Shown here: positions 8,183 to 17,634 of the stretch, one piece after another
How positions within the stretch are numbered: position 1 is the stretch's first letter
Layout of the letters: each line of letters opens with the position of its first letter
DNA from: Candidatus Heimdallarchaeota archaeon
GTDB lineage: Archaea; Asgardarchaeota; Heimdallarchaeia; JABLTI01
Length of the DNA: 32,000 nt
Direction: 5' to 3'
Assembly: GCA_030614005.1 (NCBI GenBank)
Contig: JAUWKS010000020.1
Span: 22,034 to 54,033 of the forward strand
The notes under the pieces: generated by a model
Database searches by the model: none
The model's input: only the letters and a program-made list of their open reading frames with translations
What the model was told of the DNA's origin: nothing
Made by a program: the position numbers and the translations under genes

Positions 8183-9949
8183 CTACAGAACAGTTACGGA
8201 TTTGGCCAAGTTTCTAGGAAAATCAGGATCATTTCCGCGAAGTATAGAAAGATGATAAGCAATTAACTGCAGAATAGGAATTATAACAATTGGTTCAAGA
8301 GCAACTTTTGCTAGAGGGATATAATGATCAAAGATGTCTAGCTTTTCAGAGGAAATGCCGATTATAATTCCACCACGAGCTTTGATCTGCATAATGTTAT
8401 TGATCATATCATCTTTAGTTTCATCATTTGGAACGAGTGCAATGCATGATACACCAGGTTCAATAAGTGCAAGAGTATGATGTTTTAATTCACCACCTGC
8501 CAGAGCATCAGCGTGAATATAGGCAATTTCCTTAATTTTAAGTTCGCCTTCCATTGCAACTGGAAAAGCAACTCCACGTCCAATTAGAAATAAATTTTGT
8601 TTATTCAGAACCTCTTTAGATAACTCCTTGATAAAATCAGATTGTTTCATTATAATCTCAAATTGAAAAATTACTTCATTGAGGTGTTCTTTACCTTCTG
8701 CAAGTTGATTGTTTAAAGCATATGCTAACATCACCAAAATAAGTACTTGAGAGGTGAAAGCTTTCGTTGAAGCAACAGCAATTTCAGGGCCAGCGTTTAA
8801 AGTAAGAAATTGTTCGGACTCACGCATAATAGTACTACCCATAACATTTACTAAAGAAACAACTTTTGCACCTTTGCTTTTGGCAATTTTAATTCCTTCC
8901 AAAACATCTGCAGTTTCACCAGATTGACTAATGGCGAAAAGAACTGTTTCGTTATCAAACAAATTCTGATAGGTTTTAAATTCAGACCCTAAAATAGGCA
9001 TGAAGTTTCGATGGCAAAGTTTAGCAAAATAAATCGATGCTATGAGACAAGCACGATAAGAAGTTCCAGAACCGAGAAAATAGACATTTTTTGCTTGGGT
9101 CAACAAGGTAACAAGTTCAGCTAATTTTGCTGGATCTTGATCCAATGCTTGCTTTGAAACCTCAGCTTCTTCAAATATTTCCTTTAGCATGAAATGTGGA
9201 TAACCATCTTTTGTGGCTTGCTCTGCAGTCCAGTCGATTGTAGATATTTCCTTCTTAATTTCTTTACCTGCTGCTAAATCATAAATTGTGCATTCATCAT
9301 TTAGGATTGCTAATTCATAGTTCTCTAAAATAATTGCTTTATTTGTATATTCTAAGAAGGAAGTCATATCAGATGAAGCGAAGAATTCATTTTCACCAAC
9401 GCCAATAATTAGTGGAGAATCCTTTCTAAAACAATAAATATCACCTGATTTTTTACTTAACAATAAGAAAGTGAAAGCTCCTTTTGCTTGTTCAGAAGTT
9501 TCCTTTATTGCTTTGATTATATCTTTGGCTTGTTTCATATTTTCTTCTATTAAATGAACTAAGACTTCAGTATCTGTTGTTGATGTAAAATGGTGTCCTT
9601 TTTCTACTAATTGTCTTTTCAATTCAACATAATTTTCTAAAATGCCATTGTGTACAAGAGCATATTCACCATCACAAGATGTAAAAGGATGGGCATTTTC
9701 CATCGTTACATTGCCATGAGTTGCCCAACGAGTATGAGCAATGCCTACTTTTCCTGTTAAAGATAAGAAATCAACTTTAGCATTTACTCGCTCAATTCGT
9801 CCTGTTCCTTTTCTAACAACTATAATATTATTTCCATTTAAAGAGGCCATACCACAGGAGTCATAACCACGATATTCTAATCGTTTCAATGAAGCCAGTA
9901 ATATTGGTGAGGCCTTTTGCTTTCCTGTATAACCGATTATTCCGCACAT
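8183..9949 (-). CDS. glmS: glutamine--fructose-6-phosphate aminotransferase (isomerizing)
   Basis: The true start is MCGIIGY (Ntn Cys) at 9949 with a GAGGA SD. Motifs: RGYDS, HTRWATHG, HNGI, SQSGET, AVASTKAF, C-terminal PRNLAKSVTV. Confidence 0.97.
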   Translation of the reverse strand: MCGIIGYTGKQKASPILLASLKRLEYRGYDSCGMASLNGNNIIVVRKGTGRIERVNAKVDFLSLTGKVGIAHTRWATHGNVTMENAHPFTSCDGEYALVHNGILENYVELKRQLVEKGHHFTSTTDTEVLVHLIEENMKQAKDIIKAIKETSEQAKGAFTFLLLSKKSGDIYCFRKDSPLIIGVGENEFFASSDMTSFLEYTNKAIILENYELAILNDECTIYDLAAGKEIKKEISTIDWTAEQATKDGYPHFMLKEIFEEAEVSKQALDQDPAKLAELVTLLTQAKNVYFLGSGTSYRACLIASIYFAKLCHRNFMPILGSEFKTYQNLFDNETVLFAISQSGETADVLEGIKIAKSKGAKVVSLVNVMGSTIMRESEQFLTLNAGPEIAVASTKAFTSQVLILVMLAYALNNQLAEGKEHLNEVIFQFEIIMKQSDFIKELSKEVLNKQNLFLIGRGVAFPVAMEGELKIKEIAYIHADALAGGELKHHTLALIEPGVSCIALVPNDETKDDMINNIMQIKARGGIIIGISSEKLDIFDHYIPLAKVALEPIVIIPILQLIAYHLSILRGNDPDFPRNLAKSVTVL

Positions 9950-10045
9950 AGTGTTTCCTCTTAAATATAAATTGCCAATTAGGAGTCTATCTCGTAGATA
10001 TAGAAAAGAGCTAATCAATTAAAAGCAATTCTAAAATTTCTTTCA

Positions 10046-10138
10046 AACCATTATAACTTTTTTAGTAATGGTTACAATTATAAATGAAGACTAATCTCTA
10101 TTGTTACAAAAACCATTATTAATTAAATGTTAGCGGTA
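10046..10138. promoter_or_regulatory. two candidate operators AACCATTA-N12-TA(AT/GC)GGT between divergent glmS and HTH gene
   Basis: Perfect inverted repeat AACCATTA (10046-10053) / TAATGGTT (10066-10073). A second copy, AACCATTA (10111-10118) / TAGCGGTA (10131-10138), has the same 12-bp spacer. Confidence 0.55.
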
Positions 10139-10171
10139 GTGTGCACACAAGAAATGATGTGAGAGAAAAAA

Positions 10172-11140
10172 ATGGAAAAAAAACTTCTTACTGAAACTTC
10201 CAAAGGATTAACAGCAAAAGACATTCATATGTTCAGTGATCCAGAAAAAATGAAACCAATTTTAAATAAAATTCGATGGGAGATATTGCAACGATTATCA
10301 AAAGAACCAAAGTTCCCTGCTAATCTTGCAAGGGAAATGAATGTTCATGAACAAAAAATCTACTACCACATGCGACAGTTAATTCAAAATGGATTAGTAA
10401 CTGTTGCATTTGAGAAGGAAATCCGAGGGGCAATTGCAAAATTTTATACTGTAACTGAGAAAGCTTATGGAATTGAATTGCACCCTGAGAAGAAAGGGCT
10501 ACAATTTAGGTCTATGGAAACATCAAATGAAATGTTAATGAGATTCTTTAGTGAATTTTCGGATGAATCTAAATTTGACGGTTTGATAGTTGTTGGATCT
10601 CCTGAAGCTCACGGTCCCCATAAAACGTGGGCTCGAGATGGTCACTATGCAATATATCTAGGAATGTTCATTGGTCAATTTCTCCCTCCAAAGAAAGACC
10701 TCTATGTAAAATTAGACGTAGAAGTTCGTGCAGAAAAAGAGTATGATCAAAATATGATTTTAATTGGAGGACCAGCTGTCAATTTAGTTACAAAGGATAT
10801 AAATTCAAAAATGAAAAAGCCAATTTTTGATAACCATATTCAAGGCATTGCACCGGATGCAAGATTTGGTCGGGGGATAACTTCAACACAATCAAATACT
10901 TTCTATTCTCAAAATAACGCAGGAATAATTTTCAAAACGCCTAATCCCTACAATGCAGAAAAAACAATAGTTGCCTTTGCAGGTCAAGGAAGGAGAGGAA
11001 CAAAAGCAGCAATTATTGCCTTGACGCACCGTTGGGAAGAAATTTTGAAAGATTATAAAAGTGGGAGTTTTAGAAAAGTGGTCGAAGGGTATGATCTCGA
11101 TGGAGATGGAACCATTGATTCTGTGGAAATACTGGAATAA
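10172..11140 (+). CDS. ArsR-like winged-HTH transcriptional regulator with C-terminal S-layer-like/ligand domain
   Basis: N-terminal wHTH (IRWEILQRL..PANLAREM..QKIYYHMRQL..GLV..RGAIAKFY). The C-terminal domain contains IVVGSPEAHG and MILIGGPAVN. Confidence 0.75.
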   Translation: MEKKLLTETSKGLTAKDIHMFSDPEKMKPILNKIRWEILQRLSKEPKFPANLAREMNVHEQKIYYHMRQLIQNGLVTVAFEKEIRGAIAKFYTVTEKAYGIELHPEKKGLQFRSMETSNEMLMRFFSEFSDESKFDGLIVVGSPEAHGPHKTWARDGHYAIYLGMFIGQFLPPKKDLYVKLDVEVRAEKEYDQNMILIGGPAVNLVTKDINSKMKKPIFDNHIQGIAPDARFGRGITSTQSNTFYSQNNAGIIFKTPNPYNAEKTIVAFAGQGRRGTKAAIIALTHRWEEILKDYKSGSFRKVVEGYDLDGDGTIDSVEILE

Positions 11141-11199
11141 AGAAAAAAAGAAAGAAGAGATTTCTTTCTAGATTTAATCAACGAAACAAAATAACCAAA

Positions 11200-12003
11200 T
11201 TAACTTTCTTTGGGTTCTTCTGTTTCAGTTGGGTCTTCTTTTGATTTGTTTATCAATGCATCGAGTTTCTTTTGATCTTCTTCTGAAAGTCGATCCACAG
11301 TTTGTTGAGATTGTTTCATAAAGTGACGAATAAACATTCCTTGCAATGGAACCATTGAAAGCGATGTCTCTGCACGTTGATTATAATCATTGATTGCCGT
11401 TCCCCGCAAAGTTAGAAGTGCTTCCTTAGTCATTGAACCTTTTCCAAGTCCCTCACAAGTTGAGTCAGAAATGTAGAATTTTTGACCATTATACGAAAGT
11501 GGGAAAGTTTTGCAATAGATGGGCATTGTGAAATAAATGTTGCAGATTTTATTATCTACATCATAGAAAGGACAGGTGCCTTTACCATTTTCATCTACAT
11601 CCTTCATCAGGATATAAGGAATAATCGCTATTTTAGAAATTTCGTCTGCTTCACTTATGCTCTGAAGTTCTAAATGAGGGAGAATTATTTGAATGAAGCT
11701 CCCTTGTTTAGTCCATCGTGCAAGATCAGTAAACGTTATTGGAATAGAGTTTCTATTCTGGCAGCAAGCACCACATTTCGTACATTCAAACTTAAATTTA
11801 GCAGTTTCTTTTTCTTCTGGTTTTTCTACTGGCTTTGCTTTGGATTTCTCTTCGGGTTCTTCTTTTGGTTTCTTTTCTGGTTTTTCTACTGGCTTTGCTT
11901 TGGATTTCTCTTCGGGTTCTTCTTTTGGTTTCTTTTCTGGTTTTTCAACTGGTTTTTCTTCAACAGGTTGTTCAGATTTTTTTGTTTTCTTTTTAGCAGA
12001 CAT
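11200..12003 (-). CDS. YkgJ-family cysteine-cluster (Fe-S/Zn) protein with K/E/P-rich repeat N-terminus
   Basis: FECTKCGACC ... CPFYD...C.IY..MPIYCKTFP ... CEG motif series. Confidence 0.8.
   Translation of the reverse strand: MSAKKKTKKSEQPVEEKPVEKPEKKPKEEPEEKSKAKPVEKPEKKPKEEPEEKSKAKPVEKPEEKETAKFKFECTKCGACCQNRNSIPITFTDLARWTKQGSFIQIILPHLELQSISEADEISKIAIIPYILMKDVDENGKGTCPFYDVDNKICNIYFTMPIYCKTFPLSYNGQKFYISDSTCEGLGKGSMTKEALLTLRGTAINDYNQRAETSLSMVPLQGMFIRHFMKQSQQTVDRLSEEDQKKLDALINKSKEDPTETEEPKES
11815..11946. repeat. perfect 60-bp tandem repeat (2.2 copies) encoding KPVEKPEKKPKEEPEEKSKA
   Basis: Lines 11821-11880 and 11881-11940 are identical; identity extends from 11815 to 11946. Confidence 0.95.
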
Positions 12004-12211
12004 AGTAAATGCACCTATAATATGAAAACTGGAAAAAACTAAAGAAAAAACTTGCTATTCAATCGAAATTGTTGTTTTATTGAGAAATGTATTGAAAAGA
12101 AAAAAACCATTAAAACAAAAAGTATTTTAACTTCAATATTTGGCATCAAATACGTGAATACAATATATCGATTAGAGATTTTTGTTGGTAACATAATTGG
12201 AGAAATTAAAA

Positions 12212-13756
12212 ATGTCAAATATAGAAAACAAACCGCTATTAGATAAGATTCAAGATGTATCATTCCGAAGAGGAATTGTTTTTCCTACGGCAGATATTTA
12301 CGGAGGGTTAGCAGGTGTATTTGATTATGGACCAATCGGTACTCTGATGAGACAAAAACTAATCAATTTCTGGCGCGATTATTTCGTAAAGAGCGAAGGA
12401 CATTATGAGATTGAGGGGTCGCTTATCTTACCACCAAAAGTTTTCGAAGCATCAGGACATTTAGCAAAATTCTGTGATCCTCTTGTCCAGTGCAAAGAAT
12501 GTAAATCAATGTTTCGAGCAGATAAAATAATTGAAGATAAAATAGAGCAAAATGCAGATGGACTTGCTCCAAAAGAACTTGATGAGATAATAGCTAAAAA
12601 TAAGCTCACTTGTCCAAGCTGTAATGGAGCTTTTATGAATGCTCGAGAGTTCAATTTGATGCTTAAAACCCAAGTTGGTTCAGTAGAAGGCAATGTTGCG
12701 TATCTAAGACCAGAAACAGCACAGAATATTTTCATTAATTTCAAAAGAATAGCCCATTCAATGAGAGCTAAACTACCTTTCGGTATTGCTCAAGTAGGGA
12801 AAGTTTATCGAAATGAAATCTCTCCAAGACAATTCATTATTCGAGTGCGAGAATTTGAACAAATGGAAGTAGAAGCGTTCTTTGCAGAAGAACAATTAGA
12901 TAATCCACCTCACTTCGAAGAATTGGCAGATGAATTATTACCTCTACTGACTCGAGAGATGCAAGCCAAGGGTATAGAAAAAGGCAAGGATGTTACAGTA
13001 GCGGAAGCAGTAGAAAAGAAAATTATTCCAAATGCTGCAATGGGCTATTATCTTGCAAAAGAAAAGATTCTCTTCGAAGAAGTGGGAATAAACCCAGAAT
13101 TAATCAGATTTAGACATATGCTTCCAAAAGAAACTCCACACTACAGTGGAGGTAATTTTGATCTCGAAATAAAATTGTCTATTGGTTGGACTGAAATAGT
13201 TGGTAATGCATTCAGGCAACAACACGATTTAATTAGCCATGAAAAACACAGTGGAACAAAAATGGCTGTGCAACATACAAATGGAAATGTTATACCATAC
13301 GTAATTGAACCTTCGATTGGTGTAGGAAGAACACTTTACTGTATCTTAGAAAGTTGTTATAGAGAAACAAAAGATAGAGACTGGACATGGTTCCAATTCC
13401 CACCAACAATCTCACCTTATGATGTACACGTTTACCCCTTAATGAAAAAAGATGGATTAGAAGAAAAAGCACAAGAAGTATTCGAAGAACTAAAAGGAGA
13501 AGGATTCGAAGCTGTATTTGATACATCAGGAAAAATAGGCAAAAGATATGCTCGAGCAGATGAAATTGGCACGCCATATTGTGTAACTATTGATTACGAA
13601 TCATTAAAAGATGAAACAGTAACCATCCGAGATAGAGATACTATGAAACAGATACGAGTTGAACTAATAGATCTCAATGATGTACTTGTTCTTTTACTCT
13701 CAGGTGAATATGCGTTTGATGAAATAGAAGACATCATTTCAGAACAACAAAAATAA
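12212..13756 (+). CDS. glyS: glycine--tRNA ligase (alpha2, archaeal/eukaryotic type)
   Basis: Motifs DYGPIG, LRPETAQ, YRNEISPRQ..RVREFEQME, VIEPSIGVGR and anticodon domain IGKRYARADEIG. ATG 12212 after GGAGA is preferred over TTG 12197. Confidence 0.96.
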   Translation: MSNIENKPLLDKIQDVSFRRGIVFPTADIYGGLAGVFDYGPIGTLMRQKLINFWRDYFVKSEGHYEIEGSLILPPKVFEASGHLAKFCDPLVQCKECKSMFRADKIIEDKIEQNADGLAPKELDEIIAKNKLTCPSCNGAFMNAREFNLMLKTQVGSVEGNVAYLRPETAQNIFINFKRIAHSMRAKLPFGIAQVGKVYRNEISPRQFIIRVREFEQMEVEAFFAEEQLDNPPHFEELADELLPLLTREMQAKGIEKGKDVTVAEAVEKKIIPNAAMGYYLAKEKILFEEVGINPELIRFRHMLPKETPHYSGGNFDLEIKLSIGWTEIVGNAFRQQHDLISHEKHSGTKMAVQHTNGNVIPYVIEPSIGVGRTLYCILESCYRETKDRDWTWFQFPPTISPYDVHVYPLMKKDGLEEKAQEVFEELKGEGFEAVFDTSGKIGKRYARADEIGTPYCVTIDYESLKDETVTIRDRDTMKQIRVELIDLNDVLVLLLSGEYAFDEIEDIISEQQK

Positions 13757-13820
13757 GAGGATAAAAATGAATTTTTCCTAAAAAATGGAAAAATTCTCAT
13801 ACACTTTTTCAATAATAATC

Positions 13821-13967
13821 TTAACGCGCTTTTAATTTCTTGATAATGGGTGGTCTGGTTTTCAAAAGGATTCTATGACCACAATCAGGGCATTTGCAGC
13901 CTGGCATAAGAGTTAACTTTTCTGGAGAAATCACTTTACCGCATCGGTGACATACATATTTTGTCAT
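13821..13967 (-). CDS. rpoP: DNA-directed RNA polymerase subunit P (Rpo12/RPB12 homolog), 48 aa, absent from ORF track
   Basis: Hand translation gives MTKYVCHRCGKVISPEKLTLMPGCKCPDCGHRILLKTRPPIIKKLKAR: a C4 Zn ribbon plus the RILxKxRP..K..KAR signature. GAGGT SD upstream. Confidence 0.92.
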   Translation of the reverse strand: MTKYVCHRCGKVISPEKLTLMPGCKCPDCGHRILLKTRPPIIKKLKAR

Positions 13968-14240
13968 AATAACTTAACCTCTGATGACTTTTCGACTTTT
14001 TCCTTTTAAAACCTTATTCACTGTTACCATTTTTTAAATTTATCCAAGAGAGAAGAAAAGGATTTTGTGCAACTTTATGATGTTTAGAATAATTAAATTA
14101 ATAATTATTTTCACTCAAACAAATGAAGAAAACTGTTCTCAGAAAATTCAACTTCTAATGGGAATAAACTTAAGCTAAAGCTTATAAATCTAAAGTCTAG
14201 AAAAATAGAATAGAAAAACGTCTAAACGCGTTTAAAAAAT

Positions 14241-14319
14241 AGCGCGGTGGGGTAGCTAGGTTGTGCCCACAGGGCTCATAACCCTGGGATCGGTGGTTCG
14301 AATCCACCCCGCGCTACCA
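14241..14319 (+). tRNA. initiator tRNA-Met (CAT), CCA encoded
   Basis: Cloverleaf with AGCGCGG/CCGCGCT acceptor stem (A1:U72), G11:C24, three consecutive G-C pairs in the anticodon stem (GGG-CTCATAA-CCC) and a TTCGAAT T-loop. Confidence 0.97.
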
Positions 14320-14349
14320 ATTCTTTTATCAAAATCTGTTTTTCCTAAT

Positions 14350-14845
14350 TTAAGAAGTTTGAATATGTAAGGGATGTTCAGGCATTTTCTTTAATGCCTC
14401 TTTAAGGAATTTCGGTTTGATAACAATATCTTCCAGCTGTTCTATTGTAAACCATCTGAAGATGAGTATGAATTTCCCGTATTTTTCTGCTATGAAATAT
14501 TCTTCTACTCCAATAAATTCGTCCTGTTGCAATTTTTCTTCCGAGTCTTTTGGAACAACTAAAAAATATAATCCTATTTCGTGATATTTCTCTTCATTGT
14601 ATTCAAAGAAATTTTCTACCACCCAGAGAAGCCTTTCTACTTCTATTGTTATTCCTATTTCTTCGAGAAATTCTCTTTTTACTACTTCTTCTGAGGTTTC
14701 AAATATTTCTGCACTTCCTCCGGGAAGCGCCCAGAAGTCATCAAATTCAGCTCTATGTAAGAGTACTTTTGTCTTTAAGAACGACTCCGGCAACTCGATA
14801 AACCAAAATTCCTTTTGATGTTTTGAAAACAGTCATTTGAAACAT
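14350..14845 (-). pseudogene. NUDIX hydrolase with a one-base frameshift near codon 25
   Basis: The Nudix box GGSAEIFETSEEVVKREFLEEIG is in the 14350-14793 frame. The typical N-terminal strand YRVAGVVLKD is in another frame from ATG 14845/14836. The frames join if one base of the A4 run at 14767-14770 is removed. Confidence 0.7.
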
Positions 14846-15030
14846 ATTGTATTTGATAATCTTATTAGATTTTATCTTTCCTTTGGATATGTAATGCTTC
14901 ACTTCAGGTTTCTTTTTTCTTTTATCATTCTAGTTATTCCCTTAAAATTTTTAAACAAATGTGTTCGTTGATATTATTCAAGAATAAAGTTATCTGATTA
15001 ATTGATTGAATAATTACAAGAGGTTAACTA

Positions 15031-16218
15031 ATGTCTGAAGATATGAAAACACCCATTTACAATTGGCATAAAAATCATGGTGATATGGCTTCTTTTGGAG
15101 GTTGGGCTCTCCCAATGCAATTTTCTTCAATAAAAGAAGAACATATGGCTGTTAGAGAGAACGCGGGTTTATTTGATGTAAGTCATATGGGCAGATTTCG
15201 CTTTACGGGCAAAGATGCCTTTCCTATATTAGACAAGATTCTCCCTCGCAATTTAATGAAACTTGCAGATGGACGCTGTGGGTATAGTTTCTTACTTGAC
15301 GAGAATGGAGGTATGATTGATGATTGTGTTACCATGCGAAAGAAAGAGGATTATGCTATTTTCGTTTGCAATGCAGGACCAAGAGTGAAAGATTGGAATT
15401 GGATGATTAAGTTCATTGATTCCGAGAAGCAAAAGAACTCCAAACTTGATATCAATTATTACGATTTTACTCTCGATTCATCTATGTTTGCTCTTCAAGG
15501 TCCAAAAGCTATTAAAATTATGGAATCTATGACCGATGTTGAAATTCCTAGAGGATGGGGTTACTTTGAAACAACTTTAGCTGGCATAGAAGTTTTTGCT
15601 TCTAGAACTGGTTACACCGGTGAAGACGGATTCGAAATTACTGTTGTAGCAACTAAAGATACCATCAGTGAAAAATCGACAAAACTATGGGAAGCTATCT
15701 TAGAAGCAGGGAAACCTTTTGGATTACTCCCTTGCGGTTTAGGTGCTCGAGATACTTTACGATTAGGTGGCGGCTTACCACTTTCTGGACAAGATTTTAG
15801 TCCTGAATACGATCCATTTGAAATGGATTTAGGTCTTCAAGGAATTTTCATTGATTTAAACAAACCATTCTTTATTGGTATGGATGCACTCAAAGAAAAA
15901 TACCCAACAATTAATGAGGAAAATAAACGTACCTTAAAAGAATTAACTCGAAAGAGAGTAGGTATTGAGCTTCTAAAGAAAGGTATACCAAGACATGGTT
16001 ATACTATCGAAAAGGATGGTAAGAAAATCGGTGAAGTAGCAAGCGGTTCTATCTCTCCACTGACAAATAAAGGAATTGCAATGGCTATATTACCTGTTGA
16101 ATATACTGCTCTTGATACTGAATTAACAATTATCATTCGTGATAAACCTTATCAGGCAAAAGTAGTGAAATATCCATTCTTCGATACCACAAAATATGGT
16201 AGAAGAAGAACCCAATAG
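15031..16218 (+). CDS. gcvT: glycine cleavage system T protein (aminomethyltransferase)
   Basis: Motifs FGGWALP, GLFDVSHMGR, ALQGPKA, RTGYTGEDGFEI and GLGARDTLRL. Confidence 0.95.
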   Translation: MSEDMKTPIYNWHKNHGDMASFGGWALPMQFSSIKEEHMAVRENAGLFDVSHMGRFRFTGKDAFPILDKILPRNLMKLADGRCGYSFLLDENGGMIDDCVTMRKKEDYAIFVCNAGPRVKDWNWMIKFIDSEKQKNSKLDINYYDFTLDSSMFALQGPKAIKIMESMTDVEIPRGWGYFETTLAGIEVFASRTGYTGEDGFEITVVATKDTISEKSTKLWEAILEAGKPFGLLPCGLGARDTLRLGGGLPLSGQDFSPEYDPFEMDLGLQGIFIDLNKPFFIGMDALKEKYPTINEENKRTLKELTRKRVGIELLKKGIPRHGYTIEKDGKKIGEVASGSISPLTNKGIAMAILPVEYTALDTELTIIIRDKPYQAKVVKYPFFDTTKYGRRRTQ

Positions 16219-16276
16219 TTGATATACATAATAGCGATGATTAATTTCATCGTATAATTCTTTTTTTATTTTCTAA

Positions 16277-16501
16277 TTATATTTCTTCTACAGTAGCACT
16301 ATAAATTGCATCTCCATCACACATGCCACTTGCTCTTACTTTTTTACCAACAAAAACAGCAAATTTGCCAATATCAAAATCTGGCGAAACTGCTTCCATA
16401 GGGCGTATTGCATACAATTGGAATTCTTTACCAATTTCAGTTTTAACTATAAATCCGTTTGGGCGTTCTTCAAGAACCCCTACAATTGTTATGTCTTTCA
16501 C
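16277..16501 (-). CDS. small hypothetical protein, OB-fold-like
   Basis: The beta-rich pattern (ITIVGVLE..GKKVRASG) resembles small OB folds. GTG at 16501 follows an AGGTGA SD; the track start is 16510. Confidence 0.5.
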   Translation of the reverse strand: MKDITIVGVLEERPNGFIVKTEIGKEFQLYAIRPMEAVSPDFDIGKFAVFVGKKVRASGMCDGDAIYSATVEEI

Positions 16502-16542
16502 AATGTTCACCTTGTATTATTAATTAGCTAATGTTCTAAAGT

Positions 16543-17427
16543 TTATTGTTCCAGCAATTCATTTACCATTTGATCGAATTCCTGTTCTTCTTTTGCTTTT
16601 AATTCAGCAATTGCTTTGTGAGTGAGATTTTTGAATTCTTTCATTTGGTCTTCTGTAAGAAGCATTTCTGGTTTTTCTTTTTTTAGGCTAGAAAGTATTT
16701 CTTTGAGAGATCTACTAACAGTTTTTCTTTGGTCAATAAAAAGACCTTTTATGGTTTTTTTGTCTTCACCTTCTTTCATTAATTTCTTTATTTCCCCTTC
16801 AAGTCTAAAAACCTCACCGATAGCTCTCTCGAGACTTCCTCTCATATCATAGAGGAGAAACTTGGCCATTAAATCATCCATTGGATCGGTATCTTCCTCG
16901 AATTCTTTTAGCATATCCCTAATACTATCACCAAAAGTTTTTGCATCATTTAAATCATCTTTTATTGCTTGAAGACTGAAATCTTCTGCTGAGGCTTCAT
17001 AGGCCAATGTCATTTCATCTGCTGTCTCGAGATCCATATCCAGCTCGAGCATTTCCATCTCAAGATTAATTATTTCATCTGTACCTTCTTCTGAAGTTAA
17101 AGCTTTATCACTTTGTTTCTCAAGCCAAATTATCTTTCCATCAAGAAGAATTAGCCTTTGCTTGATATCTTTTGTTTTCAAAATACGAAGTTCTTTCGAA
17201 AAAAGGTTTACTTCATCAAACAGCTGATTGTAAACATTCAAATCAATTTTATCGGGTTTTTTTGGCTCTTGTTTTTTCTCTTTCTTTGCTTTTTTCTGTT
17301 TCTTTCTACGAGGTTCTTTCTTTTCTTTTGTTTTTCTTTTTCGATCTTTTTTTACTTCCTTATCTCGTTTCTGTGGTTCTATTTTTTCTTGTTGGTCATT
17401 AGTGTCCTTCTTTTTCTTTCGAGCCAT
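16543..17427 (-). CDS. hypothetical coiled-coil protein with Lys-rich N-terminus
   Basis: 294-aa ORF with about 60 K/E/R-rich N-terminal residues followed by acidic helical regions; no family recognised. Confidence 0.6.
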   Translation of the reverse strand: MARKKKKDTNDQQEKIEPQKRDKEVKKDRKRKTKEKKEPRRKKQKKAKKEKKQEPKKPDKIDLNVYNQLFDEVNLFSKELRILKTKDIKQRLILLDGKIIWLEKQSDKALTSEEGTDEIINLEMEMLELDMDLETADEMTLAYEASAEDFSLQAIKDDLNDAKTFGDSIRDMLKEFEEDTDPMDDLMAKFLLYDMRGSLERAIGEVFRLEGEIKKLMKEGEDKKTIKGLFIDQRKTVSRSLKEILSSLKKEKPEMLLTEDQMKEFKNLTHKAIAELKAKEEQEFDQMVNELLEQ

Positions 17428-17634
17428 AATTAAAACTCCAACAGCTAGTCTTTTTGAGATGAGAGCTATAACTTCTGTTTTCAGATAGCTATTCTTAATA
17501 CTAAAATCTTTTCAAATCCAGTAAAAACGCTTTCTTTGAAAATTAGAACATTATTTATATAGCACGTTGAAGAGAAAAATTTAAGTTTCTATATAGTAAT
17601 AATTGCAAAAACAGATACCCTCAGGAGAAACAAA

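Noticed and set aside
9950-10018. 23-aa N-terminal extension of GlmS in the ORF track
   Set aside because: GlmS needs Cys at the mature N-terminus, and ATG 9949 has a GAGGA SD.
11674-12263. Plus-strand Phe/Ser/Gly-rich ORFs (11674-12042, 11693-12025) and neighbouring short ORFs
   Set aside because: These are antisense shadows of the Lys/Glu/Pro repeat in the YkgJ gene or overlap glyS.
14241-14845. tRNA-iMet as an integration site for a mobile element
   Set aside because: No integrase, transposase or duplicated tRNA 3' end was seen in the window.
15760-15790. GcvT motif RDTLRLGGG instead of the usual RLEAG
   Set aside because: A single local substitution with all other GcvT motifs intact is insufficient to claim altered function.
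16543-17427. ESCRT-III/Snf7-like identity for the basic-N, acidic-C coiled-coil protein
   Set aside because: Only charge asymmetry supports it; no Snf7 or Vps2/24/46 core pattern is recognisable by eye.
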